A stretch of 64,000 nucleotides of DNA, taken from contig OX597820.1 in the NCBI GenBank assembly GCA_951406725.2, positions 105,834,001-105,898,000 on the forward strand, given 5' to 3'. The DNA is from Octopus vulgaris (taxonomy: Eukaryota). Below the pieces are notes generated by a model. The model worked only from the letters and a program-made list of their open reading frames with translations. It made no database searches and had not been told where the DNA came from. Made by a program: the position numbers and the translations under genes. Positions 14,701 through 26,116 of the stretch are shown here, piece after piece. The stretch's first letter is position 1. Every line of letters begins with the position of its first letter.

Positions 14701-16140
14701 GTGGAAACAGTATGGATTTGGGATGGGGAAGTGGAAACCAAGGAGACACGAAATTTGTATCATGAAACCAGTGGGGATGGGTGATGGGGTGGCAGTTTCG
14801 GGCAGGTTACTATCAAAAGGGTTAGGGTTAGGGTAGCAATGCATCAAACATCCTGAAAAGCTCAACATTTTGACTTTCTGGTCCATTGATGTAATCTGCT
14901 AACAATAATGCAACCCAAAAATGATCTACCAACTAATGAGCTTTTTTTTTAATTTTATTATGCAGCCTCAGTTTGGAAAAGTGTTTTGGTATTTCATTTC
15001 AGTCCATCTCTATGCAGAACACCATTAGGTGTTATATAGAATCCATTGTATTATTAAATATCACATTGCAATAAAAACAAAAAAATGAATCTTTTATTCT
15101 GCAAGTGTAGTGCCAATGTTGACAACTGTTGAATGGTCAACATTTAGTTATTTTGCTCAAGTCTGCAACTATAATGATCCTCAATCCATCATTATCAGTC
15201 ACACAAGGTCATCCACAACCTTCCTCATTTCCACAAGATTTTTAGAGTCAACAGTTCATTTGAATGGATGCTACAATTTTTTTAAAAACAGGTACATTTA
15301 TAATATGATGTTATATGATAAATATAAAGTATGTTCACATACTTTATATTTGTGATTATTTAGCTGTTGTGACTATTTAGCTATACAAAAATAATAAGAT
15401 ATATAAAATAAAAGATGGAGAAACAATTGCTTTATAGCATTAAAACAGTTATAACTAAGTTATTCAAATATAAATATAATCAAGCAGAAAGAAGGAATGT
15501 AGTCCATGTTAGTCCTTCACAAATATATTGATATCCAGAGGTCACATAAGTGAGAAGACAACTGAGAATAAATAAGAAAATTCATGATAATCCTTTACAG
15601 CTGTTTTATGGATTTAGTGACAAATAGATGCATTATGCATGCTTAAATATACAATAAATTGATATTAACATATACAGAGGAAATATGTCAATTTAAGCTA
15701 TAATTGTGCTGGAAAGAATAAATCTAGAAGTTGAAGATATAAAGCTGTACATCAATAAAAGATGTAAAAAAGTGGGGTGCACAAGCAATTGGATAGGTAG
15801 TGCAGCAATGATAAAGGCTTAGAAGTAAAAGCAAGATCATACTAGTAAAAGAGAGGGAGAGAGAAAGAGAAAGATATATAAATCATAGATAAGCAATTTC
15901 TATTATCAATGAAACCTAGGCAAGATATTTTGGAGAAGGATAGCAATTGTTCACGGATGCAAGTCTCCACTATCCATGAAACCAAAATTTATCCAAGAGA
16001 AAAGTTACCAATTTGGGTTGAAATAGGTTGGTGTCAGTCTTGTCATGTATGTAGCTGTCAGAAGGCAAAAAGCTGGAATAGATATTGCAAGGTTATTTGG
16101 CATGACTCTCTAAGAGAGTCTTGCAAGACTGTATTGGTAC

Positions 16141-17100
16141 TGTAGTGGTTAGTGAAATACATTATCCCTCTTTGAGAGACAGCATACAAATAACATCGTG
16201 GCAGATAGCAGCCATCTTTTGGCTGCTAAGTCCTGTTGTGTCCGCTACTCTGATTGGTTGGTTTTGGTGCAGTTTTATCTCTTGCTTTATTTCGCGCCAA
16301 TGTGTAAACAAACCAGTTGCAACCTTCAGATAAGGTCCCATGACACTGTTTTTCTAATGCCTTGTTTGAGCCACCTAAACCCTTTAAAAGCTAGTCACAA
16401 CAAACCATTTGGGTCTTTGGTCCTAGACCATTAACCACAGAGCATCCAGCGACAGACCAGCCAGTTCAAGCGACTCAGCCATGTTCATGCAACAGACAGC
16501 AACGACACCAACACCACTGCAGCATTTCAGGACCTTTTCCATCACCATCGCCTTCATCTTAACATCGTTTTCCACCACTGTTGCCTTAAGCTTATCGGCA
16601 TCACCAACATGTCTACGTACACACCAACATTAACATTGCCCAGGTTTAAACTACATGCTGTTTGTGAATTCTTACCAAGGTTAACAGCCAGTCTACCTGC
16701 AAGATCTTCTGTACCAAGTAACCCAGCATAGGATAGAAGTCATAACCGCTACACGACCAGCTCTCCACTTTGTAGCCTCAACTTCTCTGTTACAGAACCT
16801 CTGCTATTGTGTATCTTTCCTATGAACTGGTAATTAACTCTATTTGTGTCTGGACAATCTTTCTATGCTCTGTATTGTTATCTCACTCTTATAACACACA
16901 TGAACACACAGACACACACTTATAACGCACACACGTACATGGACACTCTTTCTATGCTCTGTATTGTATTATCTCACACTTGTTGCACACACTTGTTGCA
17001 CTCACGAATACACCTGTAAATAAAACCTTTTCTCTTGTACATTATACGGTTGTGTTTTTCTTCTTATTCCTTTTGGCTTTTTTTGTAAGGTGACCGTGCA
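16141..17100 (+). mobile_element. Possible solo LTR
   Basis: Begins TGTAGTGGTTA and ends TGACCGTGCA (short imperfect inverted TG..CA ends); ATTGG box at ~16253, TTTAAAAG at ~16383, AATAAA at ~17019; no clear TSD. Confidence 0.35.
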
Positions 17101-17399
17101 GCGTTCAAAAAGGAGACCTTTATGTATGGTTGCTCTACAGTACTTTTTTTTATTGAACCCAAAGGATAGAAGGAAAATTAACCTCAGCATGATTTGAATT
17201 CAAAGTGCAGAACTAGAATAAATATTGCAAAGCATTCTATCCAACATTGTAAAGGCTCTGCCAATCTGTATACCATACATAATGTATATACACTTCCATA
17301 GGTTGGTTACTGCAATATTTGTCCTGAGGTAGCATCTCTTATGGACTTGCTGTGTTAAAAATATGATAAATATCAGAGAGAGATGAAAATGCATCCCAA

Positions 17400-18110
17400 A
17401 AGCAGCAAGTGAAACCACCAAATAGATTTTTGCCATTTTGGGCCTTTTGAAATAAATTCAAAATATTTTCTTCCTTCAAAATGGAAAAAGAAAATGATCA
17501 GCTATGAAAAGCAAAAGAATACATAACAAGAATTATCTGAAACTAAACAAGATATAGTCAACACCATTACTAAAAACAATCTTTTCTATCTGGATTACAT
17601 GATAACACAAGTGTTTGAAAAGTTGAACAACAAAAGCACTTCCACACAATGTGAAAATTTCATTCCAGTATGTCTATGTCATGACTTTGACCATATTTTT
17701 ATTGAAGATCTTCAATAGAAATACAAAGTTAATTATAATTGCCTCTTCAATATAGGGTCAATAATTTTCAGCCACAATGAAAATAACAACTTTCAGAACA
17801 TCCCTCAAAGATCCTGTTATTTCAGATTTCCAGACAACTGTTTCCTGAATGATAGATGCCAGGAAAAAGAATTATTGTAGAAGGCTATGGAACCCCACCA
17901 AAATAGCTTACATTGGAATGACAGGAAGCACCTTTAAAATGAGATATATGCAGTATTTGGCTTTCTTCAGAGATAAAAGACATACAACATATTTATCCAA
18001 TATGGTATGGACATTTAAAGAGAGAAACCCCCATATAAACTGAAGCACTATAGCTAAGCAAATACAGGGTCATTGCAGCAAATACAAGCTTCTCATTCCC
18101 AAAAGCTAAA
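17400..18110 (+). mobile_element. Decayed PLE with GIY-YIG remnant, split by an RTE insertion and resuming at ~20487-20560
   Basis: YIGMTGSTFKMRY..FFRD..TYLSNMVWTFKE before the RTE; LHIREEIFSPCMYKQ*FLL after it (compare [19 protein letters not shown] at 660-715). Confidence 0.75.
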
Positions 18111-18111
18111 T

Positions 18112-19497
18112 ACGGAGAGGGTTATAGCCCAACTAATTAGAGAGAGAGTTAGCCTAGATCAGATGCAGTTTGGGTTCGTGCCAGGGAAAAGCACTACTGA
18201 TGCTATTTTCATGGTAAGACAGCTGCAAGAGAAATACCTAGCCAAAGACAAGCCCCTATACCTGGCTTTTGTTGATATGGAGAAAGCCTTCGACAGGGTC
18301 CCCCGATCCCTCATCTGGTGGTCAATGAGGAAACTAGGGATAGATGAATGGTTAGTGAAAGCTGTACAAGCCATGTACAGAGACGCTGCTAGTAAGGTGA
18401 GGGTTGGCACCGAGTACAGTGAAGAATTCAGGGTAGAGGTTGGGGTCCACCAAGGTTCAGTCCTCAGTCCCCTCCTATTTATCATAGTCCTCCAGGCAAT
18501 AACGGAGGAATTCAAGACAGGATGCCCCTGGGAGCTCCTCTATGCTGATGACCTTGCTCTAATTGCTGAGTCTCTATCAGAACTAGAGGAGAAGTTTCAG
18601 GTATGGAAACAAGGTTTAGAATCGAAGGGCCTTAGAATCAACCTAGCCAAAACCAAAGTCCTAATAAGTAGGAAGGTAGACCAATCACAAACGCCTTCAG
18701 GTAGATGGCCCTGCTCGATCTGTAGAAAAGGTGTAGGTAGAAACTCTATAAGATGCACCAAGTGTAAGCTATGGACACATAAGAGGTGCAGCAATGTCAA
18801 AGGAAGGCTAACTAGGAAGATGGTTTTTGTATGTGGCAGATGCTCAGGAACAATTAACACTGAAAATGCTCTGAGACCAACTTCCGTCACTTTCCAGGGA
18901 GAAAAGCTAGAAGTAGTTGATAGTTTCCGTTACCTAGGTGACCAAGTCAGTAGCGGGGGCGGGTGCGCTGAAAGTATAACTGCTAGAGTAAGAATAGCCT
19001 GGGCAAAGTTTAGAGAGCTCTTACCCCTGCTGGTGACAAAAGGCCTCTCGCTCAAAGTAAAAGGCAGACTGTATGATGCATGTGTACGTACAGCCATGCT
19101 ACATGGTAGTGAAACTTGGGCTGTGACTGCTGAGGATTTGCGTAAGCTCGCAAGAAATGAAGCTAGTATGCTCCGATGGATGTGTAACGTCAGTGTTCAT
19201 AATCGACAGAGTGTAAGTACCTTGAGAGAAAAGTTGAACCTAAGAAGCATCAGTTGTTGTGTGCAAGAGAGACGTATGCGCTGGTATGGTCATGTGATGA
19301 GAATGGCTGAAGATAGTTGTGTGCAAAAGTGCCACACCCTGGCAGTTGAGGGGACCTGTGGAAGAGGTAGACCCAGGAAAACCTGGGTCGAGGCGGTGAA
19401 GCACGACCTTCGAACTTTAGGTCTCACCAAGGAAATGACCAGTGACCGAGACCTTTGGAGGTATGCTGTGCGTGAGAAAACCCGGCAAGACCAGTGA
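18112..19497 (+). CDS. RTE ORF fragment: RT domain, PHD-like C4HC3 finger and C-terminal domain (5'-truncated, no APE)
   Basis: QFGFVPGKSTTDAIF, FVDMEKAFDRV, GVHQGSVLSPLLF, YADD, CSIC..CTKC..HKRC..CGRC, FRYLG, WYGHVMR, RGRPRKTW. Confidence 0.92.
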   Translation, partial: TERVIAQLIRERVSLDQMQFGFVPGKSTTDAIFMVRQLQEKYLAKDKPLYLAFVDMEKAFDRVPRSLIWWSMRKLGIDEWLVKAVQAMYRDAASKVRVGTEYSEEFRVEVGVHQGSVLSPLLFIIVLQAITEEFKTGCPWELLYADDLALIAESLSELEEKFQVWKQGLESKGLRINLAKTKVLISRKVDQSQTPSGRWPCSICRKGVGRNSIRCTKCKLWTHKRCSNVKGRLTRKMVFVCGRCSGTINTENALRPTSVTFQGEKLEVVDSFRYLGDQVSSGGGCAESITARVRIAWAKFRELLPLLVTKGLSLKVKGRLYDACVRTAMLHGSETWAVTAEDLRKLARNEASMLRWMCNVSVHNRQSVSTLREKLNLRSISCCVQERRMRWYGHVMRMAEDSCVQKCHTLAVEGTCGRGRPRKTWVEAVKHDLRTLGLTKEMTSDRDLWRYAVREKTRQDQ

Positions 19498-19544
19498 GAA
19501 CAGTCAAATCAAGATAAAACCAAATTGAGGTCGATCAACATCAG

Positions 19545-20316
19545 GGCCCCCGTGCAGGTGACACGTAAAAGTACCATCCGTTCGTAGCCGTTTGCCAGCC
19601 CTGTCTGGCCCCTGTGTTGGTGGCACGTAAAAGCACCATCAGTTCGTGTTCGTTGCCAGCCTGGCCTGGCCCCCGTGCCTGTGACACGTAAAAGCACCAT
19701 CCGTTTGTGGCCGTTTGCCAGCTCTGTCTGGCCCCGTGCTGGTGACACGTAAAAGCACCATCCGTTCGTGGCCATTTGCCAGCTCTGTCTGGCCCCCGTG
19801 CCGGTGACACGTAAAAGCACCATCCGTTCGTGGCCGTTTGCCAGCCCTGTCTGGCCCCCATGTCGGTGACATGTAAAAGCACCATCCGTTTGTGGCCGTT
19901 TGCCAGCCCTGTCTGGCCCCCATGTCGGTGACATGTAAAAGCACCATCCGTTCGTGTCCGGTTGCCAGCCCTGTCTGGCCCCCATGTCGGTGACATGTAA
20001 AAGCACCATCCGTTCGTGTCCGTTTGCCAGCCCTGTCTGGCCCCCATGTCGGTGACATGTAAAAGCACCATCCGTTCGTGTCCGTTGCCAGCTTCGCCTG
20101 GCCCCCGTGCCGGTGACACGTAAAAGCACCGTCCATTCGTGGCCGTTTGCCAGCCCTGTCTGGCCCCCGTGTCGGTGGCATGTAAAAGCACCATCCGTTC
20201 GTGCCCGTTGCCAGCCTCGCCTGGCCCCCGTGCCGGTGACACGTAAAAGCACCGTCCGTTTCGTGGCCGTTTGCCAGCTCTGTCTGGCACCTGTGCGGGT
20301 GGCACGTAAAAAGCAC
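19545..20316 (+). repeat. ~61-62-bp tandem array (13 units) in the RTE 3' UTR
   Basis: Unit GGCCCCCRTGYCGGTGRCAYGTAAAAGCACCATCCGTTCGTGGCCGTTTGCCAGCCCTGTCT. Confidence 0.93.
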
Positions 20317-20925
20317 CCACTACACTCACGGAGTGGTTGGCGTTAGGAAGGGCATCCAGGCGTAGAAACACTGCCAGATCTGACTGGGCCTGATGAAGCC
20401 TTCCAGCTTCACAGACCCCAGTTGAACCGTCCAACCCATGCTAGCATGGAGAACGGACGCTAAATGATGATGATGATGATGATGATTAACAGTAAACATT
20501 TTACACATTAGGGAAGAAATCTTCTCCCCCTGCATGTACAAGCAATAATTCCTACTTTGAAATTTCATGTATGCACCCCCCACACACACACACTTTGCCA
20601 CCTTCTATCTTGGATCAGTTTTTTCTCTGGCCATTGATTATATATATTATATGAACATTATGCATAAAAGACACATACCCCCCATAAACTTATGCTGGAT
20701 TTCCTCACAACATAGATATATGTGCATTGCACATGTTCATAACATCACATAATTCATAGAAAAATACATATATACACAAATTTATGAATCCACAACCCTA
20801 CGAACTTAATACATTTACAGCCTTGTGGACCAAGTTTGGTGTCAAAATCTGTGAAACTCCAATCATGTGTACATACTCAAATACAGACAAAAAGCATAAT
20901 GTTGGTATATATATGTGTGTGTGTC

Positions 20926-20965
<40 letters not shown>

Positions 20966-21379
20966 CATACACATACATATGTGTGTATGTATGTTTACAT
21001 GTGTGTGTGTGTGTGTGCGTATTTTTGTGGATGTGCATGTGCACATACGTGTGTATTTATATTTATAAATTTGGACATGCATGACCTTTCTCACATAAAA
21101 TGATTAAGGAATTAATCAGTCCATGGTGAACATAATTTCTTACAATGAACCCCCAGGGCTAATGCAAAGGAGATGTATATTTATTTATCCCAAAATCCTG
21201 TACAGTCTCATGTATATTCTCATCCAAGATGGAGATGAGCAGCAATATCTAGTATTGAGCACTCATCTTCACTCTTTGATATTAGCATGCACACAAGCAT
21301 GCATATATATATGGATGTATTTATATATATATATTATATATATATTATATATATATTATATATATATATATATGGATAT

Positions 21380-21414
<35 letters not shown>

Positions 21415-21492
21415 TAGATAGATATAGATATATGTGTGTGTGTGTGTGTGTGTGTGCGTGCATGTCTATGTGTATATCTATCTATTTATTTC

Positions 21493-21555
<63 letters not shown>

Positions 21556-21596
21556 ATCTATATATATATATATATTGGGTTGGCAACTATATATAT

Positions 21597-24500
21597 ATCA
21601 TCATCATTTAATGTCCGTTTTCCATGCTAGCATGGGTTGGACGATTTTGACTGAGGGCTGGCAACCAGATGGCTGCACCAGGCTCCAGTCTTGATCTGGC
21701 AGAGTTTCTACAGCTAGATGCCCTTCCTAACGCCAACCACTCCGAGAGTGTAGTGGGTGCTTTTTATGTGCCACCTGCATGGGGGCCAGTCAGGCGGTAC
21801 TGGCAATGACCTCGCTCGAATCTTGTTACATGTGCCACCGGCACAGATGCCAGTTAAGCGACGTTGTTAACGATCACTCTCGAATGGTGCCCTTTTACTT
21901 GCCACGCATAGGGAAGCCAGTTGGCTGCTCTGGCAATGATCACGCTCGGATATTGTTCTTGGCACCCTACTAGCACAGGCATAAGTGCCAGTAAGGCGAC
22001 GCTGGTAACGATCATACTCGAATAGCCGCTCTGTCAACAATCACACTCGTATGGTGCTCTTTGCACCCTGCTAGCATGGATGCCAGTCATCAAAATGATT
22101 TTGATTTTGATTTCACTTGCCTCAACAGGTCTCTGCAAGCAAAGTTTAGTGACCAAAGAAGGAAAAGCTATGCATAAGCGGGCTGGTTATGCTCCTGGCA
22201 TAGGCTACGAGTTATGGTTTCATCTGGCTTGCCGGGTCTTCTCAAGCACCGCATATCTTCAAAAGTCTCGGCCACTTGTCACCGTCTTAGTGAGGCCGAA
22301 TATTCAAAGGTTGTGCTTCACCACCTCATCCCAGGTCTTCCTGGGTCTACCTTTTCCACAGGTTCCCTCAACTGCAAGGATGTGACACTTTTTCACACAG
22401 CTGTCCTCATCCATTTGCAGCACATGATCATACCAGCGCAGTTGTCTCTCTTGCTCACCACATCTGATGCTTCTTACGTCCAACTTTTCTCTCAGGGCAC
22501 TTACACTCTGTCATGTATGCACACTGACATTACACATCCATCGGAGCATACTAGTTTCATTCCTTGCAAGCTTATGCATGTCCTCAGCAGTCATGGCCCA
22601 TGTTTTGCTGCCATGTAGCATGGCTGTTCGCACGCATGTGTCATACAGTCTATCTTTTACTCTGAGTGAGAGGACATTTGTCACCAGCAGAGGTTGGAGC
22701 TCCCTGAACTTTGCCCATGCTATTCTTATTCTAGCAGCTACACTTTCAGTGCACCGTCCTTCGCAACTTATTTGGTCACCTAGATAACGGAAGCTATCAA
22801 TTACTTCTAGTTTTTCTCCCTGGAATGTGGCGGAAGTTGTTCTCTGCGCATTGCCAGTGTTTATTGCACCCGTGCATCTGCCACACACAAAAACTATCTT
22901 CCCAGTTAGCCTTCCTTTGATATCACTGCACCTCTTATGTGTCCATAGCTTACACTGGGTACATCTTATAGAGTTTCTACCTACACCTCTACTACAGATC
23001 GAGCAGGGCCATCTACCTGAAGGGATTTGTGGTTTGCCTGCCTTCCTACATATTAGGACTTTGGTTTTAGCTAGGTTGATTCTGAGGCCCTTCGATTCTA
23101 ATCCTTGTTTCCAGACCTGAAACTTCTCCTCTAGTTCTGATAGCGACTCAGCGATTAGAGCAAGGTTGTCAGCATAGAGGAGCTCCCAGGGGCATCCTGC
23201 CTTAAATTCCTCCATTATTGCCTGGAGGACTATGATAAATAGGAGGGGGCTGAGGACTGAACCTTGGTGGACCCCTACCTCTACCCAGAATTCTTCACTG
23301 TACTCATTGCTAACCCTCACCTTACTTACAGCATCCCTGTACATGGCTTGCACAGCTCTCACTAACCATTCATCTATCTCTAGTTTCCTCATTGACCACC
23401 AGATAAGGGATCGGGGGACCCTGTCAAAGGCTTTCTCCATGTCAACGAAAGTGAGGTACAGGGGCTTATCTTTGGCTAGGTATTTCTCCTGCAGCTGTCT
23501 TACCAGAAATATGGCATCAGTGGTGCTTTTCCCTGGCACGAAACCAAACTGCATCTCATCCAAGTTGACTCTCTCCCTAATAAGTTGGGCTATGACCCTC
23601 TTCGTAACCTTCATTACCTGATTCAACAGCTTGATACCTCTGTAATTATTTGTATCTAGGGTGTCACCTTTACCTTTGTAGCAGTTGACTATTATGCTGC
23701 TACACCAGTCATTGGGTATGACTCCTTCGTGTGTCACCTGGTTAACTATACGGGTAACTAGGCTATAGCCGACACTGCCAGATATTTTGAGCATCTCTGC
23801 AGTAATTCCTGATGGGCCGGGGGCTTTCTCTGTCTTCATACTCTTAATTGATTTAACTACCAAGGAACTGTCAACTCGGATAGCTGGTCCCTCTGTTGGG
23901 TCAACATTCGGCAGACTCTCTTTATTCAGCAACCTTTCATAGTGGTGTCTCCAAACCACTCTCTTTGCATCCTCATTTAGCGCAAGTGAACCATCATCCA
24001 TGCGAACACATTTTCTCCTACCACATCACGATTCTCTCTCACACACTGTCTTGCAACACGAAATACCTCAAGTCTTTCGTCCTCACGGTGCAGAACATTG
24101 GCAATTTTTTCTTATCTGCTTCCCCTCTGGCTAAATACACCTGCCTCCTAGCTTCCCTTCTGGCAGTCTGATACACTTCCCTGCTACCACCGTTCTTCCA
24201 GTCCTTCCAAGCCTATTTCTTTTGTCTAATAGCCCTGTCAACAATATTGTTCCACCACCACGTTATTTTGGGTCGAGAGGGGACTTTGCACCATCCACAG
24301 ATCTGGTCAGTGGCTCTCAGCAGGTTGTCCCTTATAAACCTCCAGTTGTCTTCTACCCCATGTGAAGCTATATCCCCTTCTATTTCATGAAAGGCTTCAA
24401 GTAATATGTCCCTAAATCTCTGTCCATTTGCAGGATCTTTAAGCTTCCAGATCTTTCTTCTCCATGTTGGTTGTCTTCTGGCTGTCCTCTTAGTCCTGAT

Positions 24501-24830
24501 CCTAAAGTCACTAACTACCAGTCTATGTTGTGGAGTACATTCTTCACCTGGGAAGCTTTTGGCATTTATAAGCAGCCATCTTTCCCTTTTCCTGGCAAGG
24601 ATGTAGTCAATTTGGCTAGTATGTCGGCCCGATAGGTAGGTGACTAGGTGGCTGGTAGGGTACCTGAAGTTAGTGTTGCAAACCATAAGATCATTTGCAT
24701 CGCAGAACTCCAGTAGCCTGGTTCCCTCCTCATTGCAGGAACCATAACCATAGCCTCCATGTATGCCATGGAAGCCCCCAACATGCCTATTGAAGTCACC
24801 AGCCACAAGAGAAGGTACCTGTCGTTCGTT
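21597..24830 (-). mobile_element. RTE LINE copy 2: partial APE, RT, PHD and 3' UTR; frameshifted, YADD changed to YADN
   Basis: ORF 24213-24806 (AGDFN, SQIDYIL, QHRLVV = APE) and ORF 22511-24001 (RT); (CAT)n tail at ~21598. Confidence 0.95.
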
Positions 24831-24840
24831 AATATATATA

Positions 24841-26106
24841 TTGGGTTGGCAACTAAGTTCCCACTGTTTTTCAATTTAAATTTTTTAAAAGGTTTAATAA
24901 AACAAAATAGCAACTAATTAATCAATAATGTATTCACCCTTGTTGTTTACAACTTCTTTCCAATGTTCTACAAAATTTTCAATACCTCGTTGGTAGAAAT
25001 CACCTGATTTTGACTCAGAAAATTGATCCAACCAGGCTCTCAATTCTGCATCAGTATTGAATAAATCTCTGCGCATAGCATTTGAAAGAGATTGAAAGAG
25101 GTGGAAATCCGTTGGTGCCAAATCAGGAGAGTACGGTGGTTGAGGCAGCACTTTCCAACCATTCGTTTGAGTGGCTTCCTTGGTCATATTGGCGATATGA
25201 GGGCAGGTGTTGTCGTGCAGCAGAAGAACTCCATGCTGACGATTAGGTCTTTTCTCTTGAATAGCCATGTTGAATTGTTCCATCTGTTGAACATAGAGTT
25301 CCGCGTTGACTGTTTGGTTCCGTTCAAGCAATTCGTAATGGATAATTCTTTCCTAGTCCCACCATACGCACAACATCGTTTTACGCAGATGAAGATCTTA
25401 TTTCACGCGCGGTGTCGCTTGTTTACCGGGGTTACGCCATTCCTTACACTGCTTCATATTAATGTACAGGCACCGTTTTTCATCGCCAGTAACGATTCAG
25501 TAAAGAAATCGTTGCTTGTGTCCATGAGTTGAGGAGTGACGAGCAAGCAAACCAAATAGAGATTGTGGCTCGTTGATTTTTGTTGTTGTCACTTAAAGCA
25601 TGCGGAACCCATGCTCCATACTTCTGAACCTTTCCCATCGAGTGAAGATGCTTCTCTATAGCAGTGTGGGAGCATTCCATTTTCTCTGCTAGTTCCCTTG
25701 TCGTATGACGAGAATTTTTGTGCAAAAGTTGGTTTAATCGCTCTTCATCAAACTCAACTGGATGGCCAGAACGAGGTTCATCTTTGAGGTCAAAATTCCC
25801 ATTTTTTAACTTAGCATACCAATAACGAGCAGTTTTTTCAGTTATGGCACCCTCTCCATACACAGCACAAATGTCACGAGCAGCTTTTGCAGCCTTAGAA
25901 CCTTGATTAAAAACAAAAAAAAGGAGGTGTCGAAAATGCTCGTTTTTCTTAACATTCCATTTTAACGATCTGAAAATAAACAAAAATTAACTAAAATTAA
26001 CTAGAAGTAAAAAACAAAATAGATTCCAAAATGATTCAAAAATAGAATTCTCAAAAAAAAAATTCCGAAATTTTAAAAAATGGCGGGAACTTAGTTGCCA
26101 ACCCAA
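24841..26106 (-). mobile_element. Full-span mariner (DD34D) with disrupted transposase
   Basis: TIRs TTGGGTTGGCAACTAAGTTCCC / GGGAACTTAGTTGCCAACCCAA with TA flanks; WVPHAL; HDN...YSPDLAPTD with 34 aa between the last two D. Confidence 0.95.
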
Positions 26107-26116
26107 TATATATATA

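Larger units (their letters stand above)
18111..20486 (+). mobile_element. RTE-clade LINE copy 1, 5'-truncated, uninterrupted ORF
   Basis: Uninterrupted RT ORF, 3' UTR tandem array, conserved 3' module and (GAT)n tail. Confidence 0.95.

Noticed and set aside
14818-14835. Telomeric TTAGGG repeats (also ~39383, ~41375, ~61150)
   Set aside because: Only about two units each; compatible with chance.
18159-18890. Antisense ORFs over the RTE RT (also 22827-23621 and 31268-31837)
   Set aside because: Shadow frames of the RT coding strand with no recognisable motifs.
19545-20316. CRISPR-like repeat/spacer appearance
   Set aside because: Whole units are near-identical tandem copies with no unique spacers and no cas genes; it lies in a eukaryotic LINE UTR.
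19509-20434. Three long minus-strand ORFs
   Set aside because: By-product of a stop-poor tandem repeat.
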